Assembly: GCF_051201565.1 (NCBI RefSeq)
Contig: NZ_CP179200.1
Location: 1,650,001 to 1,682,000 of the forward strand
Source: Pseudothioglobus sp. nBUS_23
GTDB taxonomy: Bacteria > Pseudomonadota > Gammaproteobacteria > PS1 > Pseudothioglobaceae
Length of the DNA stretch: 32,000 bases
Direction of reading: 5' to 3'
Shown here: positions 9,671 through 18,608 of the stretch, in pieces
Layout: each line of letters begins with the position of its first letter
How positions within the stretch are numbered: the stretch's first letter is position 1
Notes under the pieces: generated by a model
Database searches by the model: none
The model's input: the letters and a program-made list of their open reading frames with translations, nothing else
What the model was told of the DNA's origin: nothing
Made by a program: the position numbers and the translations under genes

Positions 9671-10324
9671 ATGAATATTATTTTATTAGGACCCCCTGGT
9701 GCTGGAAAAGGCACTCAGGCGGCACATATTTGTGAAAAGTTTAATATACCTCAGATTTCGACTGGTGATATGCTGCGTGCAGCAGTCAATGCTGGCTCAC
9801 CGATAGGCCTGGAAGCAAAAAAAACAATTGATGCTGGGAATCTTGTATCTGATGAATTGATTATTTCTTTGGTTAAAGAAAGAATTCATTTACCTGATTG
9901 TCACAATGGTTATTTACTTGATGGATTTCCTAGAACCATTAATCAAGCCAATGCTCTTAAACTTGAAGGCATAAAAATCAACTATTGTGTTGAAGTGAAA
10001 GTTCCTGACGATGATATCGTCGAGCGAATGTCTGGTCGTCGTGTTCACTTATCTTCCGGAAGGACATACCACATTAAATTTAATCCACCTCAAGAACCCA
10101 ACAAAGATGACATTACTGGAGGTGATCTAATTCAGCGTGTTGATGATAATGAAGAGATCGTCAGAGGTCGACTTAAAATTTACCATAAACAAACTGAACC
10201 ATTAGTCAAGTACTATCGGACTGACGCAGATAATCCCGAAACTGGCACTAAATTCATTGCTATTAATGGCGTTGGCACTCTGGAAGAGGTTAAAGATAGA
10301 ATTTCAACCGCATTAGTAAGTTAA
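9671..10324 (+). CDS. adk: Adenylate kinase
   Basis: 217-aa ORF with P-loop [10 protein letters not shown] and a long LID segment ([13 protein letters not shown]) lacking Zn cysteines. It lies 15 nt after the PFK gene. Confidence 0.95.
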   Translation: MNIILLGPPGAGKGTQAAHICEKFNIPQISTGDMLRAAVNAGSPIGLEAKKTIDAGNLVSDELIISLVKERIHLPDCHNGYLLDGFPRTINQANALKLEGIKINYCVEVKVPDDDIVERMSGRRVHLSSGRTYHIKFNPPQEPNKDDITGGDLIQRVDDNEEIVRGRLKIYHKQTEPLVKYYRTDADNPETGTKFIAINGVGTLEEVKDRISTALVS

Positions 10325-10333
10325 CAAACGACT

Positions 10334-10819
10334 CTATAAGTCAATCTTAAACTTGACTCTTTTAGTCCCATCTTCAGAGCCTTTAACTAGGACTTTATCA
10401 TTATTGATGTCATATGTTAAAGAATCCCCACTGAATGAATCAAAGCCTTGGACTAGATATGCATCACCAACTAGAAAGATCATGCCCTCATTAACATCAT
10501 AAGTAATTAAAGTTGCAGTAGCCTCAATGAATCGCGCCTGATTTTCTTGACTTTGAATATACTTTGCAGGTTTGTCAAGAGTACCTTTAGCAATCATGGT
10601 CTCCACTCCATCAGCATTGGTCTGAACTTGAATGATGTCAGCTGTCATTACCAAAGAGCCTTGCTTTACTTCAGCATCGCCAATGAACTCATTAAATCCA
10701 GTTGTCTCATCAACCATAACTGATTCAGCCTCAATTTCAATTGGCTGTTCAGCATCCTCAGACAAAGCAAATACAAAAGTTGAGCAAAATATAGCCATTA
10801 GTAAAATCAATTTATTCAT
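10334..10819 (-). CDS. lptA: LPS transport periplasmic protein LptA (OstA-like)
   Basis: The track ORF runs to 10837. I prefer the ATG at 10817-10819, which gives a clean signal peptide MNKLILLMAIFCSTFVFA/LSED and a 2-nt gap after the lptC stop. The product is a beta-rich OstA-like repeat sequence sitting directly downstream of lptC. Confidence 0.7.
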   Translation of the reverse strand: MNKLILLMAIFCSTFVFALSEDAEQPIEIEAESVMVDETTGFNEFIGDAEVKQGSLVMTADIIQVQTNADGVETMIAKGTLDKPAKYIQSQENQARFIEATATLITYDVNEGMIFLVGDAYLVQGFDSFSGDSLTYDINNDKVLVKGSEDGTKRVKFKIDL

Positions 10820-11762
10820 AAACAGCAACAACCTCATCCATTAATTTAAGTTTCTTTGAAATAGCATCATAATGCATTTTTTTTGACTTTATGTCAACAG
10901 TGCTAGATTTAAAACGGCTTGGCGAATCAGACATAAAAATTTCACCTCCATTTGACTGATCAATTATCAAATCATAGCTCTTAAGTGAACTTCCTGAACC
11001 GTCCAAAATATCAACATTCCCAAGAAGTTTTGTTAATTTTGAATTCATATCTACATCTATGCCCTTGTCTGCATTTACAATATTTTGATTTGATCGGTAG
11101 ACAGTAGGCTCCTTGCTAACATATTTTTTGACGCCGCCTTCCTGATTGATTAATAAATCCTTAGTATCAATTATTGCACCTGTATCCTGGAGAATTTGAA
11201 CTTCACCATTTAAATTCATTATATCTCTATCAAGATCCATATCCATACCCTCTGCAATAATTTTTGCAGTCTCACCTAAATACACAATTCTGCGGTTGCT
11301 ATTAATTTGCCCATCTTTAACAATTAAAAGCTCGGTATCAATCTCATGAGAAATGCCGCTCATAGTTTTAATTTCTACCTGGTCTATAAAATGAATCGCA
11401 CCTGATTTAAAAATAACTGCACGATCAGACTTCAAAGTTAGATTTTTATTTTGCAATTCATCAAAAGTAGTTACTTTTACAGTTTCAAGCTGAACAGGGG
11501 CATTCTTAAAACTTTTATAAACGTCTGCTTCAATAGTATGCAATAAAACCTGGTTATTTGAATACTCCTTGATAATAAAATTATCTATTTTTTCAAGATA
11601 GGGTATGTCTGTATTCTGAGATTCAACAACTTCTTCATTGGGGGGCGGTTGACTAAAAACAAAGATATTCATCAAATTTTTTTGAAATATCCAAAGAATC
11701 GCCACCACGGCTATAATGAAAATCAGAAGTGATTGAATTTTCTTAGATCGAAAAAGTCCCAT
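10812..11762 (-). CDS. lptC: LptC-like membrane-anchored protein, unusually long (316 aa)
   Basis: It has a single N-terminal TM helix (IQSLLIFIIAVVAILWIF) followed by a beta-rich periplasmic region. Its position immediately upstream of lptA supports the call. The length is about 1.6x E. coli LptC (191 aa). Confidence 0.55.
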   Translation of the reverse strand: MGLFRSKKIQSLLIFIIAVVAILWIFQKNLMNIFVFSQPPPNEEVVESQNTDIPYLEKIDNFIIKEYSNNQVLLHTIEADVYKSFKNAPVQLETVKVTTFDELQNKNLTLKSDRAVIFKSGAIHFIDQVEIKTMSGISHEIDTELLIVKDGQINSNRRIVYLGETAKIIAEGMDMDLDRDIMNLNGEVQILQDTGAIIDTKDLLINQEGGVKKYVSKEPTVYRSNQNIVNADKGIDVDMNSKLTKLLGNVDILDGSGSSLKSYDLIIDQSNGGEIFMSDSPSRFKSSTVDIKSKKMHYDAISKKLKLMDEVVAVYE

Positions 11763-11765
11763 ACT

Positions 11766-12338
11766 ATGCTAAATCAAAGAATACAAGGATTGTACGGAAT
11801 TACACCAGACAAAAACCTTAACATAGACATTATTGAGAATGCCATAAAAAAACATCATATCAATATTCTCCAGTATCGCAGAAAAGCAGTCAACATAGAA
11901 CACAAGGTCGAAGAAGCAAAAAAACTACTTAATCTATGCAAAGAACATAATACTTTATTTATAGTCAATGATGATGTGAACCTTTGTGAGAATATAGGTG
12001 CTCATGGCATTCATCTTGGCCAAAATGATATGGATGCAAAATCTGCCAGAGAGAGACTGGGCAATCATTTTATTATTGGTGTGACATGCCATAATAGTTT
12101 GGAGCTTGCAATTAAAGCAGAACAAAATGGTGCTGACTACGTTGCACTAGGCGCTATCTTTAAATCAAGCACTAAGCCCAATGCTACTCATTGCCCTCTC
12201 ACTAAAGTTGAAGAAATCAAAAAATTTATTAGTATTCCGATCGTAGGTATTGGTGGCATCAACCTAACAAATCAACATGTCGTATACCAATCTGGATGCA
12301 GCTCGGTTGCAATGATTGAAGGTCTATTTATGGATTAA
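11766..12338 (+). CDS. thiE: Thiamine-phosphate synthase
   Basis: The product is collinear with E. coli ThiE: LYGITPD..., GIHLGQNDM, ADYVALGAIF.S.TKP, IVGIGGI. The track start at 11733 is a TTG. The ATG at 11766 (MLNQRIQGLYGITPD) fits the family N-terminus. Confidence 0.85.
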   Translation: MLNQRIQGLYGITPDKNLNIDIIENAIKKHHINILQYRRKAVNIEHKVEEAKKLLNLCKEHNTLFIVNDDVNLCENIGAHGIHLGQNDMDAKSARERLGNHFIIGVTCHNSLELAIKAEQNGADYVALGAIFKSSTKPNATHCPLTKVEEIKKFISIPIVGIGGINLTNQHVVYQSGCSSVAMIEGLFMD

Positions 12339-13464
12339 GTCTGTGGGCGTTTTGATATGAGTAGCCACCTTTTAAACCTTTTTTTGACAGAACTAATTGC
12401 CATAACTGATTTCTTCTAGAGCGAAATGTACCTGCACACATCAAGAGGTAATACTCCCACATCCGCTTGAATCTTTCATCGTATTTATCCTTCAAACCAT
12501 CATAGTTTTTTTGAAAATTTTCATTCCAAGCCATAAGGGTTGGATCATAGTCTTGCCCAAAATTATGCCAATCTTCTATAACAAACAACCCTTGAGCAGA
12601 TTTACTTATCTGTGCTGGTGATGGAATCATACCATTTGGGAATATGTATTTATTGGTCCATGGGTCTGTCGATCTTGAAGGTGTGTTCCTGCCAATTGTA
12701 TGTAGCAAAAAAAGCCCGTTATCGTCTAAACATCTTCGAGCAACCTGCATATAATCTCTGTAGTTTTTATATCCCACATGCTCAAACATTCCTATTGAAA
12801 CTATTGCATCATAGGTGCCATATAAATCCCTATAGTCTTTTAATTCAAATGAGGTGTCTAAACCCTTGCAAGATTCTTGTGCATATTCCATTTGCTCCTT
12901 GGACACTGTTACTCCATGGACACTCACGCCATAGTTTTCAGCTGCATACTTCGCAAAGCCTCCCCATCCAGAGCCAATTTCGAGTACTTTCATTCCTGCC
13001 TTTAGATGCAGTTTTCTGCAGACGAGGTCTAATTTATTGACCTGTGCTTGATCCAAATTATTTGCACCATCCCAATAACCACAAGAGTAAATCATTCTTT
13101 GGTCAAGCATTAAAGCAAATAAATCATTGCCAGTATCATAATGCTCTTTGCCAACAATATAGGCACGCTTTTTTGACTGAGCATTTAAAAAATAAGCTCT
13201 TAAAACATGTAAAAGAAAGGCTGGATTTTTAATTTTTATTTGTTTATCAATCCGGCCCCATAGCATCTGATAACAAAATTGGTCTAATGCCTCACAGTCC
13301 CACCAACCATCCATATAACTTTCCCCAAGCCCCAACGACTTGCCAGATAAGACTCGGGAATAGAAAAGTTTATTGTGTACTTGGATATCAAATGGACGAG
13401 TGCCGTTGACCTGAATATCAACTGACTCTAATAGCGTGCTTACTGTTTCTTTAAAATCAGCCAA
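12328..13464 (-). CDS. cfa: Cyclopropane-fatty-acyl-phospholipid synthase
   Basis: Similarity to E. coli Cfa as recalled is strong across the full length: LGLGESYMDGWW, QSKKRAYIVGKEHYD.GNDLF, SAM motif VLEIGSGWGG, GMFEHVG, KYIFPNG. The only available start is TTG (caa 13462-13464), with an in-frame stop two codons upstream. Confidence 0.9.
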   Translation of the reverse strand: MADFKETVSTLLESVDIQVNGTRPFDIQVHNKLFYSRVLSGKSLGLGESYMDGWWDCEALDQFCYQMLWGRIDKQIKIKNPAFLLHVLRAYFLNAQSKKRAYIVGKEHYDTGNDLFALMLDQRMIYSCGYWDGANNLDQAQVNKLDLVCRKLHLKAGMKVLEIGSGWGGFAKYAAENYGVSVHGVTVSKEQMEYAQESCKGLDTSFELKDYRDLYGTYDAIVSIGMFEHVGYKNYRDYMQVARRCLDDNGLFLLHTIGRNTPSRSTDPWTNKYIFPNGMIPSPAQISKSAQGLFVIEDWHNFGQDYDPTLMAWNENFQKNYDGLKDKYDERFKRMWEYYLLMCAGTFRSRRNQLWQLVLSKKGLKGGYSYQNAHRLNP

Positions 13465-13546
13465 ATCTTAAAAATAACTTACCCCACTTCCTACAAATCT
13501 TACCATAGAATAAATCAATTTGGAAATGCGTAATACTTACAGAAAT

Positions 13547-14059
13547 CTAAGTTGAAGCTTTTGATTTAATAAAAGATGAAAGGCTCAAAAAGAATATGAT
13601 TACAAACCAAACGAGAGACCATCCAGCCATACTTAGACCAAAAAACTCCCAAGGTATCTCTGCACAATTTCCATCGCCCATAAATAAGGCATTTATTACA
13701 TCAGCAAAAGGAAACACGTCAATAATATATTCTAAAGGGGGTCCGCACAATGGCACCTCGTCTTCAGGTAGGCCTTGAAGCCATACTTGACGACCAGAAA
13801 TCCAAATACCTGCTAGTGCGAAAAGAGATAAAAAAAACGAATAAACTCTGCTGACTTTGAAGCCTGGGTTGTGCAAAAAAGAAACAAAAGAGCTTAATCC
13901 GATTAGGCTATAAAAAAACTGCTGAGTAATACACAGGGTACATGGCTCAAGCCCTAAAATTTTCATACTGTAAGCAGCATAGCCAAGTAGAGATCCAACA
14001 ATCAAGAAAATGATTAAATGGATTTGACGTGCTGAAAAGTTACTTATTAATAAATTCAT
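13547..14059 (-). CDS. dsbB: Disulfide bond formation protein B
   Basis: Four-TM protein with the first-loop CxxC (EPCTLCITQ) and a second Cys pair (LCGPP ... GNCAEI). I prefer the ATG at 14057-14059 over the track's TTG at 14062. Confidence 0.85.
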   Translation of the reverse strand: MNLLISNFSARQIHLIIFLIVGSLLGYAAYSMKILGLEPCTLCITQQFFYSLIGLSSFVSFLHNPGFKVSRVYSFFLSLFALAGIWISGRQVWLQGLPEDEVPLCGPPLEYIIDVFPFADVINALFMGDGNCAEIPWEFFGLSMAGWSLVWFVIIFFLSLSSFIKSKAST

Positions 14060-14074
14060 CAATATTTCTCTGCT

Positions 14075-14668
14075 TTATTCCTGACCAAACCTGGCAACTC
14101 TCTCTGGGTCATCGAGCTTAGGTCGTGAAAAAAACTCATTTACCATAGGTATAAAAAACTCCAATGTCTTTGAATCGTAATTGGGATCAAAACAGTTTTG
14201 ATCATAATCATGACAAAACCTTACTGCCTCAGCATACCAAGGGTGGTCAATAAATGCCTCTCTGGCATTTCTATCACCGCCTGAGTGATGAGCGTAATAG
14301 TACATCTGAAATACTCCATGATGCTTAATAATCCAATATATTTTCTCTGAAACAAATGGCCTTAGAATAGCAGCGGCCATTTCAGAATGCGAGTATGGTG
14401 CAAGAGAGTCACCAATATCATGAAATAAAACTGCCATCACCATTTCTAAATCCTCTTTAGCTAATAGTGCTCTAGTTGCACCTTGGAGAGAGTGTTCTAA
14501 TCGACTAATTTGATAGCCTGATAGACTTGAATCCAAAGCCTTTAGAGCATCAATAAGCCTAGAAGGTAAGTCTTGAACATATTGAGATTCTAGTGTATCA
14601 AGGAAGGCATACTCTTCCGCTGTGCCATCCTCCATGCAAATAAAATTGACTTTATCCATGGCTAACAT
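14075..14668 (-). CDS. HD-domain protein with PhnZ/MIOX-like ligand pattern (possible mixed-valent diiron oxygenase)
   Basis: 197-aa ORF with ordered H...HD...H...H(H)...D residues: LEHSLQ (H59), FHDIGD (H83/D84), SHSE (H94), KHHG (H116/117), CHDYD (D154/156). The local motifs resemble PhnZ (..QLEHSLQ.., ..LLHDLGH..) as recalled. Function is not established. Confidence 0.55.
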   Translation of the reverse strand: MLAMDKVNFICMEDGTAEEYAFLDTLESQYVQDLPSRLIDALKALDSSLSGYQISRLEHSLQGATRALLAKEDLEMVMAVLFHDIGDSLAPYSHSEMAAAILRPFVSEKIYWIIKHHGVFQMYYYAHHSGGDRNAREAFIDHPWYAEAVRFCHDYDQNCFDPNYDSKTLEFFIPMVNEFFSRPKLDDPERVARFGQE

Positions 14669-14686
14669 CTTACAGTAATATTGGCC

Positions 14687-15283
14687 CTAAATTCTTTTAG
14701 CGCTGTCCTTTAATAATCCGGCGACATAGTGTGAAAATGAATGTCTGATCATCATAAATATATTCTTTTTTTCACGATAGACAAAAACTGGTGCTTGTCC
14801 AAAAGTAGTTGAAACAGCTTTTCCATCTTGAAGGGACCCTTCGAGATCATAACTCATCCATCGACTCAATAGGTCAGTGGTTTTATCGCCTCTAAACTCA
14901 AGAGTTCCATATGCAGCTGAATTGTTTGTGATAGAAATACCAAGAGGAAGTTTATTAGTCTTCTCTTCAATTTCCAACATTTGTTGAGCGCTTAGGGAGA
15001 TCCAAAATTCATCTGGACTGACCCAAAAGCATTTTAAATCTGAATCGCCAAAGGTCGCTAGTAATGGCCCAGGAAGCTCTATATTAAAAATATCTTTTGC
15101 TACTTTGATATTCATTTTAGAGTCTTTAGATGTTCTTAAAATGAGTAGAGATTGATCTATCACTTCTTGACAACTGACGCCTTCCTGGTTGACTAAAAAG
15201 CCTTCTTCGTCAATTAGTGTATTGAAAGTTGATCTGAATTCTGGTTCCATATTCTCATGACTACTATTTTTACTCATTGCCAT
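14687..15283 (-). CDS. soxG: Sarcosine oxidase, gamma subunit
   Basis: 198-aa ORF in the canonical last position of soxBDAG, overlapping the soxA stop by 14 nt. The call rests mainly on context and size. Confidence 0.8.
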   Translation of the reverse strand: MAMSKNSSHENMEPEFRSTFNTLIDEEGFLVNQEGVSCQEVIDQSLLILRTSKDSKMNIKVAKDIFNIELPGPLLATFGDSDLKCFWVSPDEFWISLSAQQMLEIEEKTNKLPLGISITNNSAAYGTLEFRGDKTTDLLSRWMSYDLEGSLQDGKAVSTTFGQAPVFVYREKKNIFMMIRHSFSHYVAGLLKDSAKRI

Positions 15284-18200
15284 CTACCTTTTCTCCATTA
15301 GTATCATAAAAGACACTACTTGAAACTTCACAAGGTATCTCCTTAAGGCCCTGCTTTTCCTGAACAATCTTCACAAGGACAGTCTCAGACATTTTTGAAA
15401 GTCCACCTTTAAGTTGAGCTAATGCGATTGATCTTCCAAGAGCTGGGCTGTAGTAGCTTGAAGTTACATAACCAACAGAGACGCCCTTATTATTAATAAT
15501 ATGTGCTCCCTCAGGAAGCACAACCTGATCATCTTTGGTTAGAAGGCCAACTAATTGCAATCTATCTTCCGATTTTAGTGCGGATATACTAAATGAACGA
15601 CGCCCAATATAAGAAAAAGGCTTATTCTTTGCTAGAATCCAGTTCATATTAACATCCATCGGCGTCATTGAACCGTCTGTATCCTGCCCCACTATAATGA
15701 AGCCTTTTTCAGCCCGCAAAACATGCATTGATTCAGTTCCATATGGGGTGATGTTCCATTCCTTACCTTCACGAGCAACCTCATCCCATATAAAACGCCC
15801 AAAGTTTGCTTCAATATTTATTTCATAAGCCAGCTCACCAGAAAAGCTGATTCTCATAATTCTTGCTTTAACACCACAGACAGTTCCCGGGCGCCACTGC
15901 ATAAACTTAAAATTTTTGCTGTCAAAATCAACATCTGAACATAACTTTTTCATCAATTTGCGCGCATTCGGCCCAACCACAGCAACTGTTGAAAACTGAT
16001 CTGTTACACTACTTAGATGCACATCTAAATGACTCCACTCAGTTTGAAGCCACATTTCTAGTGTCGAATATACACTTGCAGCACCACCTGTTGTAGTTGT
16101 CATAATAAAATGGTTATCATTAATGCAAGTTGAAACACCATCATCAATAATCATTCCTTTCTCATTGCACATGAGCCCATAGCGACAGCTACCTGGTGCT
16201 AACTTCATCCATGCATTGGTGTAGACTCTTGATAAAAATTCTCTAGCATCCTTACCTTGAATATCGATTTTTCCAAGAGTTGAAGCATCCATCATTCCGA
16301 GTGAAGTTCTAACAGCACGACACTCTCTATTAACGGCTTGATGCATGTCCTCACCATCTTTTGGATAATACCATGGCCTATACCACTGCCCAACCACTTC
16401 AAATTCAGCACCACTATTGACATGTGAGTCGTGAATTGTTGTGAACCTTTGTGGATCGAAAAAATCCCCTAATTCTCTTCCAGCCATTGCTCCAAAATCA
16501 ACACCTGTATAAGCTGGTCTAAATGTAGTCGTGCCAACTTCAGACATAGGGGCATCAAGAAATTCTGCGGCTACAGCAATACCATTAATATTTCCAGTTT
16601 TTCCTTGGTCAGTTCCAAAGCCCATTGCAGTATATCTCTTAATATGCTCTATTGATTGGTATCCCTCTCTAATAGAAAGTGAAACGTCCAAAGTAGTGAC
16701 GTCGTTTTGAAGATCAATAAAAACTTTTGGCTTATTGAGAATTTCAAGTGGAGTAAAAAACTGATCAACATTGAAATAATTGCGGCTTTGGTTAGTGAGT
16801 TCTTGTGGATTGACTTTATTATCTTCACCCAGAGAGAGCAGAGTTAATTGTGCTTTATTCTTTGCATCAGCTATTGCATCTTTCCAGAACCCTATAGAGT
16901 TTACAGCTCCACATAACTGTCTATTCTTGCGATCTTTTTGTGCCAAGAATGATTGTGAATTTTCATCAAAATATGTTTTTCCACCGCAATGACAATCTAA
17001 ATGCACTACCGGATTAAATCCTCCTGACGTTGCTAATAAATCGCAATTTAAAGTTTGAGTATCTCCAGTCAACCTCCATTTTGACTTCCAATGTGGAGGT
17101 TTAGCTTGCATTTCCACCTTAGAGATTTCAATACCAGTAACTCTACTTTTGCCTTTTGCTTTAAGAATAGCAAAACCTTGAAAAACTTCTATTCCTAAAT
17201 TTCTTGCCTCTAAAACAATGTCACTTTCGACGCCAGATGCTCTAACGTCAATGACCTTAGACTCAACATTATGTTTTCTTAAATCAATTGCGGTATTGTA
17301 AATACTGTCATTATTACCATATAAAACAATTTCTTTTCCTGCAACTACATTGAATTCGTTTACGTATCGTCTTACAGACTGACTTAACATAATATTTGCC
17401 AAATCATTTGTCTCAAACAACATAGGGCGCTCATGCGCACCTGTCGCCAAGATGACTTCTTTAGTCCTAATCTTATGAAGTACTTTTCTTGCAGACTGAA
17501 CGCCCTCTTGAATCATTGACTGGCCAGTTCCAATAGTCTGCAATACTTCAATATAGTTATGGTCATACCATGCATAAGCAGTTGCAGATGTTAGAATTTT
17601 TAGCCTAGAGCCTGCTTCATCTCTATACTTTAAAAGTCTTTCTTTAGTTTCTTGATACCAAAGAGTTGCAGTTTGATCAGTTGTAAATTCATTGGTTAAT
17701 TCACCACCTAAATTCTCTCGCTCATCTACCAAGATAACTCTGGCTTTCTTTGAACTAGAAAGAACCTCAAGTGCGGCGCTCATTCCTGCAGCACCACCGC
17801 CGATTACGAGCACCTCGGTATGTTGAAAAATATGATCATAAACATCTTCGTCAATCTCTGAAGGCGCTTTTGAGAAGCCTGATAATGACCTGAGACGATC
17901 CTCAACAATTGACCAAACCTTCTGCTTGATAAAGGTTTTATAGTAGAAACCAGCTGGCATAAAACGATGCAGTGGCTTAATCATTGCACGAAAGTCAATC
18001 GAATGCGGGTTGCTTGAACTGACCGCACTTAAGCCATCATAAAGCATGATTTCAGTTGCCTTCATATTAGGCGTATATCTGCCACCAATTTCAAGCGAAA
18101 CTAGGGCGTTTGGCTCCTCAACTCCAGCACCAATAATGCCTCTCTTTCGTCCGTATTTGAAACTTCTTGCATAATATAAAACATTGTTGGCAATTAGGGC

Positions 18201-18308
18201 TGACGCTAAAGTATCGCCTTTGAAACCCTTATAGGCTTTATTGTTAAAAACGAAGCTTAAGGGCTGGTTGTAATCGATAAGGCTGTTTGAATGTTTCTCT
18301 ATTCTCAT
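15270..18308 (-). CDS. soxA: Sarcosine oxidase, alpha subunit
   Basis: 1012-aa ORF with a dinucleotide fold (VLVIGGGAAGMSAALE) and a C-terminal GcvT-like folate-binding/aminomethyltransferase domain. The ATGA overlap with soxD is seen in the sequence. Confidence 0.93.
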   Translation of the reverse strand: MRIEKHSNSLIDYNQPLSFVFNNKAYKGFKGDTLASALIANNVLYYARSFKYGRKRGIIGAGVEEPNALVSLEIGGRYTPNMKATEIMLYDGLSAVSSSNPHSIDFRAMIKPLHRFMPAGFYYKTFIKQKVWSIVEDRLRSLSGFSKAPSEIDEDVYDHIFQHTEVLVIGGGAAGMSAALEVLSSSKKARVILVDERENLGGELTNEFTTDQTATLWYQETKERLLKYRDEAGSRLKILTSATAYAWYDHNYIEVLQTIGTGQSMIQEGVQSARKVLHKIRTKEVILATGAHERPMLFETNDLANIMLSQSVRRYVNEFNVVAGKEIVLYGNNDSIYNTAIDLRKHNVESKVIDVRASGVESDIVLEARNLGIEVFQGFAILKAKGKSRVTGIEISKVEMQAKPPHWKSKWRLTGDTQTLNCDLLATSGGFNPVVHLDCHCGGKTYFDENSQSFLAQKDRKNRQLCGAVNSIGFWKDAIADAKNKAQLTLLSLGEDNKVNPQELTNQSRNYFNVDQFFTPLEILNKPKVFIDLQNDVTTLDVSLSIREGYQSIEHIKRYTAMGFGTDQGKTGNINGIAVAAEFLDAPMSEVGTTTFRPAYTGVDFGAMAGRELGDFFDPQRFTTIHDSHVNSGAEFEVVGQWYRPWYYPKDGEDMHQAVNRECRAVRTSLGMMDASTLGKIDIQGKDAREFLSRVYTNAWMKLAPGSCRYGLMCNEKGMIIDDGVSTCINDNHFIMTTTTGGAASVYSTLEMWLQTEWSHLDVHLSSVTDQFSTVAVVGPNARKLMKKLCSDVDFDSKNFKFMQWRPGTVCGVKARIMRISFSGELAYEINIEANFGRFIWDEVAREGKEWNITPYGTESMHVLRAEKGFIIVGQDTDGSMTPMDVNMNWILAKNKPFSYIGRRSFSISALKSEDRLQLVGLLTKDDQVVLPEGAHIINNKGVSVGYVTSSYYSPALGRSIALAQLKGGLSKMSETVLVKIVQEKQGLKEIPCEVSSSVFYDTNGEKVDGNE

Positions 18309-18589
18309 GACGCGTTCTCGCTATCTATTTCCTCAAAAGTCGCAACCTCGATAACTTCGTGACTAATGGTAGATCTTTTAACTAAAAAATATTTTCGACA
18401 CCCAGAAGTATGTACCCATTGCTCCCAGTGGTCACCTTTTAAATTAGTCCTATAAAATACATAATCAGCCCATTCTTCATCACCTAAGGCTTCAGGATTT
18501 TCAGGTCTTGCTATAAACGCTTCTCCTGCAGGTGAAAATTCATTTTGGTCTCTAGGTTCTTTGCAATATGGACAGTGAATTGAAAACAT
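18305..18589 (-). CDS. soxD: Sarcosine oxidase, delta subunit
   Basis: 94-aa ORF with zinc-ligand pattern CPYC...HTSGC. Its size and position between soxB and soxA are canonical. Confidence 0.9.
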   Translation of the reverse strand: MFSIHCPYCKEPRDQNEFSPAGEAFIARPENPEALGDEEWADYVFYRTNLKGDHWEQWVHTSGCRKYFLVKRSTISHEVIEVATFEEIDSENAS

Positions 18590-18608
18590 AATATTACCTT
18601 CAAATAAA

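Noticed and set aside
12612-13232. 142-aa and 62-aa plus-strand ORFs inside cfa
   Set aside because: They are antisense to a gene that has end-to-end similarity to E. coli Cfa. Their products are Leu/His/Cys-rich and match no family signature I recognise.
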